In this document: one piece after another, positions 9,463 through 19,444 of the stretch
How the letters are laid out: every line of letters begins with the position of its first letter
Position numbering within the stretch: the first letter of the stretch is position 1
IMG/VR virus record: IMGVR_UViG_3300029653_000080
Source of the DNA: a virus
Taxonomy: Duplodnaviria; Heunggongvirae; Uroviricota; Caudoviricetes
DNA: 22,386 nt
Reading direction: 5' to 3' (one strand)
Made by a program: the position numbers and the translations under genes
The notes under the pieces: model-generated
Seen by the model: the letters and a program-made list of their open reading frames with translations, nothing else
The model's database searches: none
What the model was told of the DNA's origin: nothing

Positions 9463-10545
9463 TTAGAACTGATAAACCAGACCTACAGCGACGATGTCGT
9501 CGGTATCAATACCAGCTGTTTTGGTAAACTTACTATCGTCAATTAAGTTGATTTTGTAATCAACAAAAGTGGACATGTTTTTATTAAAGTAGTAAGTAGC
9601 ACCGACATCGACATACTTGACTAAGTCTCGGTCACCATGAACACCAAGGTCTTTACCTTTTGACTGAAGGTAAGCAACAGATGGTCGCAGACCGAAGTCA
9701 AACTGATATTGTGCTACTGCTTCAAAGTTTTGTGCTTTGTTTGCAATATGGTTATTACCAAAAACGGTCATATTCTGAGTTTCAGAATATGTGGTAGCCA
9801 GATAGATATTGTTCGCATCATATTTCAGGCCTGCAGCCCATACTTCCGCATTTTTGCCGGAGGCATTGAATTTGCTCTTACCATAGGCGACCTGACCGTC
9901 AGTGCGATCTGATTTAGCATAGGTTGCACCCACGCCGAATCCTTCATACTCATAAGTAGTGGAGAAACCGAAACCATCACCATTGGCTTCAGTTACGTCA
10001 GTGCGGTCATTTTTACCCTGATACTGAGCAGCAAAGTTCAGGCCATCGACCAGACCAAAGAAGTCGTTGTTACGATAAGTTGCAACACCAGTAGTGCGAC
10101 CAGTCATGAACACATCTGTTTGGGTCCAGGTATCACCACCGAATTCTGGCAGGACGTCAGTCCACGCACCGATGTCGTATGCTACACCGTAGTTACGGCC
10201 GTAATCGATTGAGCCGTAATCACCAAATTTCAGGCCTGCAAATGCAAGACGGGTTTTGTCTTTGGAAGAACCTTGAGATTCAGCACGGTTGCCTTTGAAT
10301 TCATATTCCCACTGACCGAAACCAGTCAGTTGATCGTTGATTTGGGTTTCACCTTTGAAGCCAAGACGGGCATAAGTAGTATCACCATCATCTGCATCAT
10401 TAGAGGAGAAGTAGTGCTTGGCATTAACTTTCCCGTATAGATCCAGCTTGTTACTGTCTTTATTATAAATTTCAGCTGCCTGAGCAGACATCGCCATCAG
10501 TACTGATGCAGCTACAGCAGAAATTGCCACTGTTAATTTTTTCAT
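9463..10545 (-). CDS. nmpC: Outer-membrane general porin, OmpC/OmpF/NmpC family, apparently intact
   Basis: 360-aa ORF with signal peptide [23 protein letters not shown] and C-terminal ...VAVGLVYQF; matches E. coli NmpC as recalled, at the same Q-to-holin position as in DLP12. Confidence 0.9.
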   Translation of the reverse strand: MKKLTVAISAVAASVLMAMSAQAAEIYNKDSNKLDLYGKVNAKHYFSSNDADDGDTTYARLGFKGETQINDQLTGFGQWEYEFKGNRAESQGSSKDKTRLAFAGLKFGDYGSIDYGRNYGVAYDIGAWTDVLPEFGGDTWTQTDVFMTGRTTGVATYRNNDFFGLVDGLNFAAQYQGKNDRTDVTEANGDGFGFSTTYEYEGFGVGATYAKSDRTDGQVAYGKSKFNASGKNAEVWAAGLKYDANNIYLATTYSETQNMTVFGNNHIANKAQNFEAVAQYQFDFGLRPSVAYLQSKGKDLGVHGDRDLVKYVDVGATYYFNKNMSTFVDYKINLIDDSKFTKTAGIDTDDIVAVGLVYQF

Positions 10546-10972
10546 TGTACGCCCTTTTTTTTGAACTATTATTAAAAAATGATGTCACTGCGCGATAAAT
10601 ATTCATCTAATCAATGCGATTATTTCAAGATGTAAGTTTTAGTTTCTCATTTAATTTGTGAAGTAGATCTCTATTTTTATCTGAACCTTTTCTATCTAAT
10701 CCTATTCATGGCTCTTGTTTGAACGAAAATAAATCTATTAGCTAATTTATATTAATGGCACTTATTTATAAGCGCTCTATAATTCTTTAACTTAATTTAA
10801 ACAAACTAAAAATAACATCGGAAATTATTCGTTGGTTATTTGTTGAAGTTTTCTTATGTATTTGTGGTGGTGTTTTGAACACTCGGTGGCATTCTCACAA
10901 ATATCATTTAGTAGTTTACGTACGTAAAAAATTGGTTATGCTGTTAAGAGTGGTTACTTCGTCACACAGCTT

Positions 10973-11006
10973 AAACCCGCCGTCGAGCGGGTTTTTCCAT
11001 TTTTTG
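10973..11006 (+). terminator. Plus-strand intrinsic terminator in the 590-bp AT-rich region between the porin promoter and the holin gene
   Basis: aaacccgc-cgtcga-gcgggttt followed by ttccattttttg. Confidence 0.6.
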
Positions 11007-11134
11007 AGTCTCGATATTAGCTGATAACCCAATACCTGAGTTATTCACTGACTCCGAATCTGTTACGTTTCTGCCTTTATTGCGATACGTAGTATCCCCT
11101 TAATTTACACCCGCTTTGTCTGCGAGGTGGGGTT

Positions 11135-11350
11135 ATGAAATCCATGGATAAGTTAACAACGGGTGTCGCCTATGGCACCTCAGCAGGTAGTGCCGGGTAC
11201 TGGTTTTTACAGTTGCTCGATAAAGTCACGCCCTCACAGTGGGCGGCAATAGGTGTGCTGGGTAGTCTGGTATTTGGCTTGCTGACGTATCTGACAAACC
11301 TTTATTTCAAGATTAAAGAAGATAAGCGTAAGGCTGCGAGAGGTGAATAA
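11135..11350 (+). CDS. S: Class II pinholin, S21 type
   Basis: 71-aa [74 protein letters not shown], closely matching phage 21 S; stop overlaps the next ATG (TAATG). Confidence 0.9.
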
Positions 11351-14300
11351 TGTCGCCATCATTACGCAAGGCTATTGCTGCTGCTATTGGTGGTGGGGCT
11401 GTTGCCATAGCGTCTGTGCTCATCACTGGTCCGAGTGGTGACGATGGCCTGGAAGGTGTCAGCTACATACCATACAAAGATATTGTTGGTGTATGGACTG
11501 TATGTCACGGGCATACAGGAAAAGACATCATGCTCGGTAAAACGTATAAAGGCAGCAGTAAGGGGCATACCCCGCGCGAAGCGAAGGACAACCTGAAATC
11601 CACGCAGTTACTGAGTGTGATCGATGCCATCAGCGAAGGGCCGATTGAAGGTCCGGTGGATGGGTTAAAAAGCGTGCTACTGAACAGTACGCCGGTGCTG
11701 GACACTGAGGGGAATACCAATATCTCCGGTGTCACGGTGGTGTTCCGGGCAGGTGAGCAGGAGCAGACTCCGCCGGAGGGGTTTGAATCCTCCGGCTCCG
11801 AGACGGTGCTGGGTACGGAAGTGAAATACGACACGCCGATCACCCGCACCATCACGTCGGCAAACATCGACCGTCTGCGTTTTACCTTCGGTGTGCAGGC
11901 ACTGGTGGAAACCACTTCAAAGGGTGACCGGAATCCGTCGGAAGTTCGCCTGCTGGTTCAGATACAGCGTAACGGTGGCTGGGTGACGGAAAAAGACATC
12001 ACCATTAAGGGCAAAACCACCTCGCAGTATCTGGCCTCGGTGGTGGTGGATAACCTGCCTCCGCGCCCGTTCAATATCCGGATGCGCAGGATGACACCGG
12101 ACAGCACCACAGACCAGCTGCAGAACAAAACGCTCTGGTCGTCATACACCGAAATCATCGATATGAAACAGTGCTACCCGAACACGGCACTGGTCGGTGT
12201 GCAGGTGGACTCGGAGCAGTTCGGCAGTCAGCAGGTGAGTCGTAATTATCATCTGCGCGGGCGCATTCTGCAGGTGCCGTCGAACTATAACCCGCAGACG
12301 CGACAATACAGCGGTATCTGGGACGGAACGTTAAAACCGGCATACAGCAACAACATGGCCTGGTGTCTGTGGGATATGCTGACCCATCCGCGCTACGGCA
12401 TGGGGAAACGTCTTGGTGCGGCGGATGTGGACAAATGGGCGCTGTATGTCATCGGCCAGAATTGCGACCAGTCGGTGCCGGATGGTTTTGGTGGCACGGA
12501 GCCGCGCATCACCTGTAATGCCTGGCTGACCACACAGCGTAAGGCGTGGGATGTTCTCAGTGATTTCTGCTCGGCGATGCGCTGTATGCCGGTATGGAAC
12601 GGGCAGACGCTGACGTTCGTGCAGGACCGGCCGTCGGATAAGGTGTGGACCTATAACCGCAGTAATGTGGTGATGCCGGATGATGGCGCGCCGTTCCGCT
12701 ACAGTTTCAGCGCCCTGAAGGACCGCCATAATGCCGTTGAGGTGAACTGGATTGACCCGGATAACGGCTGGGAGACGGCGACAGAGCTTGTGGAGGACAC
12801 GCAGGCCATTGCCCGTTACGGTCGTAACGTCACGAAGATGGATGCCTTTGGCTGTACCAGTCGGGGGCAGGCACACCGAGCCGGGCTGTGGCTGATTAAA
12901 ACGGAACTGCTGGAAACGCAGACCGTGGATTTCAGCGTGGGCGCAGAAGGGCTTCGCCATGTGCCGGGCGATGTTATTGAAATCTGCGATGATGACTATG
13001 CGGGTATCAGCATCGGCGGGCGCGTGCTGGCGGTGAACAGCCAGACCCGGACGCTGACGCTCGACCGTGAAATCACTCTGCCATCCTCCGGTACCACGCT
13101 GATAAGCCTGGTTGACGGAAGCGGCAATCCGGTCAGCGTGGAGGTCCAGTCCGTCACCGACGGCGTGAAGGTAAAAGTGAGCCGGGTTCCTGACGGCGTT
13201 GCCGGATACAGCGTGTGGGGGCTGAAGTTGCCGACGTTGCGCCAGCGCCTGTTCCGCTGCGTGAGTATCCGTGAGAACGATGACGGCACGTATGCCATCA
13301 CTGCCGTGCAGCATGTACCGGAAAAAGAGGCCATCGTGGATAACGGGGCGCACTTTGACGGCGACCAGAGCGGCACGGTGAATGGTGTCACGCCGCCAGC
13401 GGTGCAGCACCTGACTGCCGAAGTCACCGCAGACAGCGGGGAATATCAGGTGCTGGCGCGCTGGGACACGCCGAAGGTGGTGAAGGGGGTGAGCTTTATG
13501 CTTCGCCTGACCGTGGCAGCGGATGACGGCAGTGAGCGGCTGGTCAGCACGGCCCGGACGACGGAAACCACATACCGCTTCACGCAACTGGCGCTGGGGC
13601 GGTACACGCTGACAGTCCGGGCGGTAAATGCGTGGGGGCAGCAGGGCGATCCGGCGTCGGTATCGTTCCGGATTGCCGCACCGGCAGCACCGTCGAGGAT
13701 TGATCTGACGCCGGGCTATTTTCAGATAACCGCCACGCCGCATCTTGCCGTTTATGACCCGACGGTACAGTTTGAATTCTGGTTCTCGGAAAAGCGGATT
13801 ACCGATATCAGGCAGGTTGAAACCACAGCCCGCTATCTTGGCACGGCGCTGTACTGGATAGCTGCCAGTATCAATATTAAGCCGGGCCATGATTATTATT
13901 TTTATATCCGCAGTGTGAATACTGTTGGCAAATCGGCATTCGTGGAGGCTGTCGGTCAGGCGAGCGATGATGCTTCCGGCTATCTGGATTTTTTCAAAGG
14001 CCAGATAACTGAATCCCATCTCGGCAAGGAGCTGCTGGAAAAAGTCGAGCTGACGGAGGATAACGCCAGCAAACTGGAGGAGTTTTCGAAAGAGTGGAAA
14101 GACGCCAACGATAAATGGAATGCCATGTGGGGCGTCAAAATTGAGCAGACCGAAGACGGCAGGCATTATGTCGCGGGTATTGGCCTCAGCATGGAGGATA
14201 CGGAGGAAGGCAAACTGAGCCAGTTCCTGGTTGCCGCTAACCGTATCGCGTTTATTGACCCGGCAAACGGGAATGAAACGCCGATGTTTGTGGCGCAGGG

Positions 14301-14940
14301 CAACCAGATATTCATGAACGAAGTGTTCCTGAAGTATCTGACGGCTCCCACCATTACCAGCGGCGGCAATCCGCCGGTATTTTCCCTGACACCGGACGGG
14401 CGGTTGACGGCGAAAAATGCCGATATCAGCGGTAACGTGAATGCGAACTCAGGGACGCTCAATAATGTCACGATTAACCAGAACTGTCGGATTCTGGGAA
14501 AACTGTCTGCCAACCAGATTGAAGGTGATATTGTCAAAACGGTGGGAAAAGCCTTTCCGAGAAATGGCAGTTATGCCAGCGGTACAATAACGGTCACTGT
14601 GTACGATGACCAGGCTTTTGACCGTCAGATAGTAATCCCACCCGTTCTGTTTCGCGGTGGTAAGCATGAAAACTTCAACAGCAACAACCAACAGTCATAC
14701 TGGTATTCAACCTGTAAGCTGCAGGTACTGAAGAACGGACAGGAAATCTTTCAGCAACCCGCGACGGATGTCAGCAGGGTATTTTCATCCGTCATTGATA
14801 TGCCAGCGGGACACGGCCATGTCACCCTGACTTTCAATGTTTCTTCATATGGTGCAAATAACTGGACGCCAACGACCAGTATCAGCGACCTTCTTGTTGT
14901 CGTGATGAAGAAATCAACAGCCGGTATCAGTATCAGTTGA
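11350..14940 (+). CDS. Chimeric ORF: N-terminal 66 codons of a SAR endolysin (R21 type, signal-anchor-release domain) fused in frame to codon 3 onward of a lambda-type tail-tip host-specificity protein J; C-terminal about 150 aa of J diverge from lambda
   Basis: Residues 1-66 [66 protein letters not shown] match the R21 SAR endolysin N-terminus. From [36 protein letters not shown]... the sequence is near-identical to lambda J from residue 3. Junction at about nt 11547. Confidence 0.85.
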   Translation: MSPSLRKAIAAAIGGGAVAIASVLITGPSGDDGLEGVSYIPYKDIVGVWTVCHGHTGKDIMLGKTYKGSSKGHTPREAKDNLKSTQLLSVIDAISEGPIEGPVDGLKSVLLNSTPVLDTEGNTNISGVTVVFRAGEQEQTPPEGFESSGSETVLGTEVKYDTPITRTITSANIDRLRFTFGVQALVETTSKGDRNPSEVRLLVQIQRNGGWVTEKDITIKGKTTSQYLASVVVDNLPPRPFNIRMRRMTPDSTTDQLQNKTLWSSYTEIIDMKQCYPNTALVGVQVDSEQFGSQQVSRNYHLRGRILQVPSNYNPQTRQYSGIWDGTLKPAYSNNMAWCLWDMLTHPRYGMGKRLGAADVDKWALYVIGQNCDQSVPDGFGGTEPRITCNAWLTTQRKAWDVLSDFCSAMRCMPVWNGQTLTFVQDRPSDKVWTYNRSNVVMPDDGAPFRYSFSALKDRHNAVEVNWIDPDNGWETATELVEDTQAIARYGRNVTKMDAFGCTSRGQAHRAGLWLIKTELLETQTVDFSVGAEGLRHVPGDVIEICDDDYAGISIGGRVLAVNSQTRTLTLDREITLPSSGTTLISLVDGSGNPVSVEVQSVTDGVKVKVSRVPDGVAGYSVWGLKLPTLRQRLFRCVSIRENDDGTYAITAVQHVPEKEAIVDNGAHFDGDQSGTVNGVTPPAVQHLTAEVTADSGEYQVLARWDTPKVVKGVSFMLRLTVAADDGSERLVSTARTTETTYRFTQLALGRYTLTVRAVNAWGQQGDPASVSFRIAAPAAPSRIDLTPGYFQITATPHLAVYDPTVQFEFWFSEKRITDIRQVETTARYLGTALYWIAASINIKPGHDYYFYIRSVNTVGKSAFVEAVGQASDDASGYLDFFKGQITESHLGKELLEKVELTEDNASKLEEFSKEWKDANDKWNAMWGVKIEQTEDGRHYVAGIGLSMEDTEEGKLSQFLVAANRIAFIDPANGNETPMFVAQGNQIFMNEVFLKYLTAPTITSGGNPPVFSLTPDGRLTAKNADISGNVNANSGTLNNVTINQNCRILGKLSANQIEGDIVKTVGKAFPRNGSYASGTITVTVYDDQAFDRQIVIPPVLFRGGKHENFNSNNQQSYWYSTCKLQVLKNGQEIFQQPATDVSRVFSSVIDMPAGHGHVTLTFNVSSYGANNWTPTTSISDLLVVVMKKSTAGISIS

Positions 14941-14998
14941 ATTTTATAACCCAAATACGGGCGCCAGAAATGGCGCCTTTTTTATTTGTGGAGTGAAT

Positions 14999-17060
14999 AT
15001 GGCAGTACAGATTTCAGGCGTGCTGAAAGACGGTGCAGGAAAACCAATACAGAACTGTACTATTCAGCTCAAAGCAAAGCGTAACAGCACCACGGTACTG
15101 GTGAACACGGTGGCCTCTGAAAATCCGGATGAAGCCGGGCGTTACAGCATNNNNNNNNNNNNNNNNNNNNNNNNNNNNNNNNNNNNNNNNNNNNNNNNNN
15201 NCGCCTTCACATGCCGGGACCATTACCGTCTATGAAGGTTCCAGACCAGGTACGCTGAATGATTTTCTCGGTGCCATGACGGAAGATGATGTCATGCCGG
15301 AGGCATTGCGTCGTTTTGAGGTAATGGTGGAGGATGTGGCACGCAACGCTGAAGCCGCCTCTCAGAGCGCAGCGGCAGCAAAGAAATCAGAAACAGCAGC
15401 GGCATCGTCCAGGAACGCGGCGAAAACATCAGAGACGAATGCAGGTAACAGCGCGAAAGCGGCAGCTTCTTCAAAAACAGCCGCACAAAACGCAGCAACA
15501 GCGGCAGAACGTTCAGAGACAAATGCCCGTGCGTCAGAAGAAGCCTCCGCAGACAGTGAAGAGGCTTCCCGCCGTAATGCAGAGTCAGCCGCTGAAAATG
15601 CCGGAGTCGCCACCACAAAAGCGCGGGAGGCTGCAGCAGACGCAACAAAGGCCGGGCAGAAAAAGGATGAGGCTCTGTCGGCAGCGACACGAGCTGAAAA
15701 GGCGGCAGACCGCGCAGAAGCCGCAGCGGAAGTGACTGCAGAGCCCTATGCGAATATAGTGCCGCCGCTGCCTGATGTGTGGATACCGTTTAACGATTCA
15801 CTGGATATGATTGCGGGTTTTTCTCCGGGCTATAAAAAAATAGCTATTGGTGACGATGTGGTTCAGGTCGCCAGTGATAAACAGGTTAATTTCAGTCGCG
15901 CATCAACGGCAACATATATCAACAAATCTGGCGAACTGAAAACGGCGGAAATTAATGAGCCGCGATTTGAGTGTGATGGCCTGCTTATTGAGGGACAAAG
16001 AACGAACTACATGCTCAATTCGGAAAGTCCAGCCAGCTGGGGGAAGTCATCAAACATGGATGTGCCCGAAACCGGGACGGATAGTTTTGGTTTTACTTAT
16101 GGAAAGTTTGTCTGCAACGATTCTCTGGTTGGGCAAACTTCGGCTATTAATATGGCATCAATTGCTGCAACAAAGTCAGTTGATGTCTCAGGCGATAACA
16201 AGTACGTGACAACCTCATGCCGTTTTAAAACAGAACGACAGGTAAGGTTACGTATACGGTTTGATAAGTATGATGGTAGTGCAACAACTTTTCTTGGCGA
16301 TGCGTACATTGATACGCAAACGCTTGAAATTAATATGACAGGTGGTGCTGCCGGCAGAATTACGGCACGAGTCAGGAAGGATAAGACCACGGGCTGGATT
16401 TTTGCAGAGGCAACGATTCAGGCAATTGATGGTGAGTTAAAAATAGGCTCTCAGATACAGTATTCTCCTGAGCAGGGTGGGGCAACAGTATCTGGTGACT
16501 ATATTTATCTTGCCACCCCACAAGTAGAGAATGGGCCGTGTGTATCATCATTTATTATTTCAGGAGGCAGCGCAACGACAAGAGCCAGTGATTTGGTTAG
16601 TATCCCCACCAGAAATAATCTTTATAAGTTACCATTTACTTTTTTACTTGAGATTCATAAAAACTGGGATATTGCACCAAACGCCGCACCCCGCGTGTGG
16701 GATATAGCAGCAGCCAATACCGGGCAATCAGCAATTGCAGCAATCAACAGAGGTAGTGGTAAGTTATATATGAGTCTGTCAAACCCTTCAGGCTCGTATG
16801 TTAATAGCGCAGCGACAGATGTATTTGCAGAGAAAACCACATTTGGATGTATTGCAAAAGCTGATGGTCACTTTCATGTGGTGACAAATGGTAAAGCGGT
16901 TAATGAAGTTTATTGTGAATATAATGGCGTGACCGCTGATAAAAATATCCGATTTGGAGGGCAGACGAATACTGGAGAACGACATCTGTTTGGCCATATT
17001 CGCAATTTCCGCATATGGCATAAAGAATTAAATGACAGGCAATTAAAAGAGGTCGTATGA
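14999..17060 (+). CDS. stf: Side tail fibre protein (Stf-like): lambda-Stf-type N-terminus, Ala-rich central repeats, lectin-like (LamG / concanavalin-type) C-terminal region; interrupted by an assembly gap
   Basis: N-terminus MAVQISGVLKDGAGKPIQNCTIQLKAKRNSTTVLVNTVASENPDEAGRYS...PSHAGTITVYEGSRPGTLNDFL parallels lambda Stf. C-terminus ends ...NIRFGGQTNTGERHLFGHIRNFRIWHKELNDRQLKEVV, the typical end of Laminin_G_3-type domains. A 51-N run breaks the frame; track ORFs 14993..15235 and 15129..17060 are the two parts. Confidence 0.8.
15151..15201. other. Assembly gap / masked bases (51 N) inside stf
   Basis: Run of n characters. Flanking codons match lambda Stf on both sides with about 17 codons missing, and the N count is not frame-preserving, so the length is a placeholder. 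Confidence 0.95.
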
Positions 17061-17335
17061 AAGATTTAACTTTGAAGTTTCATGACAAACTGCAGTTTAA
17101 GGCCTTCCTGTCATCTCTTGGCTGGGCGGAAGATGAAGACCTCCAGAATAAACTGTTAGTTGATGAAATTGGTTTCACCTACACAGAAACAGGGGTAACA
17201 GAAGAGGGAGAACCTGTCTGTATCCGGAATGATGGTTATTTTGTCAACATTCGCATTCTTGATGACTTGTTTGATGTTTCTGTATTCTCTGATTATGTCG
17301 TGGAGCTGGAAACACCGCTTCGGGAATGGAGCTGA
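17057..17335 (+). CDS. Hypothetical acidic 92-aa protein translationally coupled to stf (tail-fibre accessory candidate); not Tfa-like
   Basis: ATG overlaps the stf stop (ATGA); RBS AAGAGG upstream. Sequence MKDLTLKFHDKLQFKAFLSSLGWAEDEDLQNKLLVDEIGFTYTETGVTEEGEPVCIRNDGYF... has no signal peptide and no family I recognise. Confidence 0.55.
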   Translation: MKDLTLKFHDKLQFKAFLSSLGWAEDEDLQNKLLVDEIGFTYTETGVTEEGEPVCIRNDGYFVNIRILDDLFDVSVFSDYVVELETPLREWS

Positions 17336-17347
17336 AAGGAGGAAATA

Positions 17348-17788
17348 ATGGATATAAGCCCCTTACTTCATGCACTTTGTGCTGTGGCTGCGCAGATACT
17401 GGTTGGTCTTTTTACCGGAAACTGGGCTTACGGAGCGATAGCCGGTTGTACGTTCTTCATTGCGCGTGAACATACCCAGGCAGAATATCGCTGGATTGAA
17501 ATGTTCGGGCATGGCAAGCGAATGAATATGCCGTGGTGGGGCGGTTTTGATCCGCGTGCTTGGGATGTGGCAAGCCTGATGGATTTTGCTGTGCCGGTGG
17601 TGGCGTGTCTGCTGGTCTGGCTGTTGGTTAATCGTGGGCGAAAAAAGGTGAGCTGTATATGCAACGGAGGAAGAAACCCCGTTGCTGGAAGCCAGGAAAA
17701 AGTATCGGGTGTTGCTGTCCTCGGATGTTGTGCTAATTGGGTGATAACAGATCCTGTGTATGGGAGTTTCCCTTTTTGCGTGCGTTGA
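17348..17788 (+). CDS. Hypothetical inner-membrane protein (about 3 predicted TM helices); the C-terminal about 45 codons are doubtful and overlap the sitD 3' end
   Basis: Strong RBS AAGGAGG 6 nt before the ATG. Hydrophobic segments LLHALCAVAAQILVGLFTG, WAYGAIAGCTFFIA, ASLMDFAVPVVACLLVWLLV, then a basic NRGRKK; the Cys-rich tail overlaps convergent sitD. Confidence 0.5.
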   Translation: MDISPLLHALCAVAAQILVGLFTGNWAYGAIAGCTFFIAREHTQAEYRWIEMFGHGKRMNMPWWGGFDPRAWDVASLMDFAVPVVACLLVWLLVNRGRKKVSCICNGGRNPVAGSQEKVSGVAVLGCCANWVITDPVYGSFPFCVR

Positions 17789-18590
17789 TGCTGGTAACGG
17801 CAAACGTCATGATGAACAAAACCGCGAATAAGACGACAATCGTCGGAGCTGGTGCGCTGTCGATAAAAAAGGACAACCAGACACCAGTCATTGACACTAT
17901 TACCGATATGCCAGTCGCCAGTAGGAGCGCAATATGAAAGCGTTGTGTCAGGAGTACCGCAATGGCGCCAGGCGCAATGAGCAGAGAAATGGAGAGAATG
18001 ATACCTACCGCTTTCAGCGTCGCCACAATGGTCAGAGAGACCATGCACAGCAGCCCATAATGCAGCCATCTCGTATGCAAACCGCTTACCTGCGCCTGTT
18101 GATAATCAAAGCTGAACAGCAAAAAATCCCGCCATTTTACGCTAATAACAAGTGTAACCAGCCCGGCAATAATCATCGTCTGGATTATATCGCCGATGGT
18201 TATCCCGAGCATGTCGCCGAAAAGAATATGGTCAAGATGTACGTCTGGTTTGACTGCAATATACAAAATCAGACCTGCGGCAAACATGCCAGAAAAAACA
18301 ATCCCCATCACTGTATCTTGCTTGATTCGGCTGTTGTCTTTCAGGTATCCCGTCGCCACCGCGCAGAATACTCCGGCGACGAATGCCCCTGTAGCCAAAG
18401 GTAACCCCAGAATCCAGGCAAGCACGATGCCAGGAAAAACCGCATGACTCATCGTGTCACCCATCAGTGCCCAGCCTTTCAGGACCAGAAAGACCGACAG
18501 CAGCGCACAGGGTATGGAAACTACCAGTGAAATCAGCAGTGCGTGACTCATAAAGGTGAACTGCAGTGGCTCCAGTAATAATGCCATCAT
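17733..18590 (-). CDS. sitD: Mn/Fe ABC transporter permease SitD
   Basis: 285-aa polytopic permease; last gene of the four-gene minus-strand operon, start overlapping the sitC stop. Confidence 0.9.
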   Translation of the reverse strand: MMALLLEPLQFTFMSHALLISLVVSIPCALLSVFLVLKGWALMGDTMSHAVFPGIVLAWILGLPLATGAFVAGVFCAVATGYLKDNSRIKQDTVMGIVFSGMFAAGLILYIAVKPDVHLDHILFGDMLGITIGDIIQTMIIAGLVTLVISVKWRDFLLFSFDYQQAQVSGLHTRWLHYGLLCMVSLTIVATLKAVGIILSISLLIAPGAIAVLLTQRFHIALLLATGISVIVSMTGVWLSFFIDSAPAPTIVVLFAVLFIMTFAVTSINARKKGNSHTQDLLSPN

Positions 18591-19444
18591 GAGCGATCCT
18601 CCAGCGCCTTATGCGCACGCCGACGATTTGCCAAAAGCCCATGGGTGGGCGCAAAGACAAATGCTAAAAGAAACAGCAGTGTCTGCGCCACCACGATGAT
18701 TCCACCTGTCGCGCCGTCCAGAAAGTAACTGACCCACGCGCCGAGGAAACTGGTTACACTGCCAATAGTTACAGCAATCATGAGCAGGCGGGGAAAACGA
18801 TCGGTTAACAACCATGCTGTTGCTCCGGGAGTCACCACCAGACAGATCACCAGAAAGGCACCAACCGTTTGCAGCGCCGCAACGGTCGAAACCGACAGCA
18901 GGGTGAAGAAGAGGAGTTTTAATCTGCCCGGATGCAATCCAATAGCACGGGCGTGATTCTCGTCGAAAAAGGTCACCATAAGATCTTTCCATTTGAAAAA
19001 AAGCACGATGATCGAGAGAATGCCAATGATAGTGAGTTGCAGGATATCCGCCGGATCGATTGCCAGAATATTGCCCAGGACGATGGTCTGAATGTTCACA
19101 GATGTCGGGTTCAATGACACCATAAACAGCCCCAGGCCAAAAAAGGACGAGAAGATCAGGCCGATGATGGCATCTTCTTTTAAGCGGGTGCGTTGGTTAA
19201 GAAACAGCATGCTGCCCGCAGCCAGTCCGCCGGAAAAGAAGGCTCCCAGAGAAAACGGAAGCCCCAGCATATATGCCCCCGCAACACCCGGGACAATAGA
19301 GTGCGACAACGCATCGCCAATCAGCGACCAGCCTTTTAGCATCAGATAGCATGACAGGAAAGCGCAGAGACCGCCGACCATCGCCGAGACCCACATCGCA
19401 TTGAGCATATATTCATAGCTGAAGGGTTCCAGTAGCACGTTCAT
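18587..19444 (-). CDS. sitC: Mn/Fe ABC transporter permease SitC
   Basis: 285-aa permease paralogous to SitD; start and stop overlap neighbours by 4 nt. Confidence 0.9.
   Translation of the reverse strand: MNVLLEPFSYEYMLNAMWVSAMVGGLCAFLSCYLMLKGWSLIGDALSHSIVPGVAGAYMLGLPFSLGAFFSGGLAAGSMLFLNQRTRLKEDAIIGLIFSSFFGLGLFMVSLNPTSVNIQTIVLGNILAIDPADILQLTIIGILSIIVLFFKWKDLMVTFFDENHARAIGLHPGRLKLLFFTLLSVSTVAALQTVGAFLVICLVVTPGATAWLLTDRFPRLLMIAVTIGSVTSFLGAWVSYFLDGATGGIIVVAQTLLFLLAFVFAPTHGLLANRRRAHKALEDRS

Larger units (their letters stand above)
9305..9475 (-). ncRNA. ipeX: Candidate IpeX-like small RNA / structured 3' region downstream of the porin gene
   Basis: Position matches the DLP12 IpeX sRNA, recalled as encoded at the 3' end of nmpC. 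Two strong hairpins (9389-9410, 9412-9445), then a minus-strand terminator at 9307-9324. Boundaries are guesses. Confidence 0.3.

Noticed and set aside
10546-11134. Possible tRNA or moron genes between the porin and holin genes (some lambdoid phages carry tRNAs near here)
   Set aside because: No cloverleaf-compatible sequence with a GTTCRANYC T-loop motif and no ORF of 60 codons or more found by eye; kept only as a regulatory region.
12331-14166. 611-aa minus-strand ORF, with other antisense ORFs (11362-12343, 12996-13427, 14166-14954), inside the J gene
   Set aside because: Antisense to a strongly supported, near-lambda-identical J coding sequence. Arg/Pro/His-rich low-complexity translation typical of the reverse strand of GC-rich coding DNA; no RBS.
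15292-15735. ORFs 15292..15690 (-), 15334..15735 (+) and 15362..15616 (-) inside stf
   Set aside because: They lie within the Ala/Ser-rich repeat region of stf. Translations are low-complexity (poly-Q/R/A); alternative-frame artefacts.
17363-18447. ORFs 17363..17803 (-), 17428..18069 (-), 17737..17937 (+), 17934..18404 (+) and 18196..18447 (+) around sitD
   Set aside because: They overlap the well-supported sitD permease gene or its antisense; translations are compositionally odd (His/Arg/Thr-rich); no RBS.
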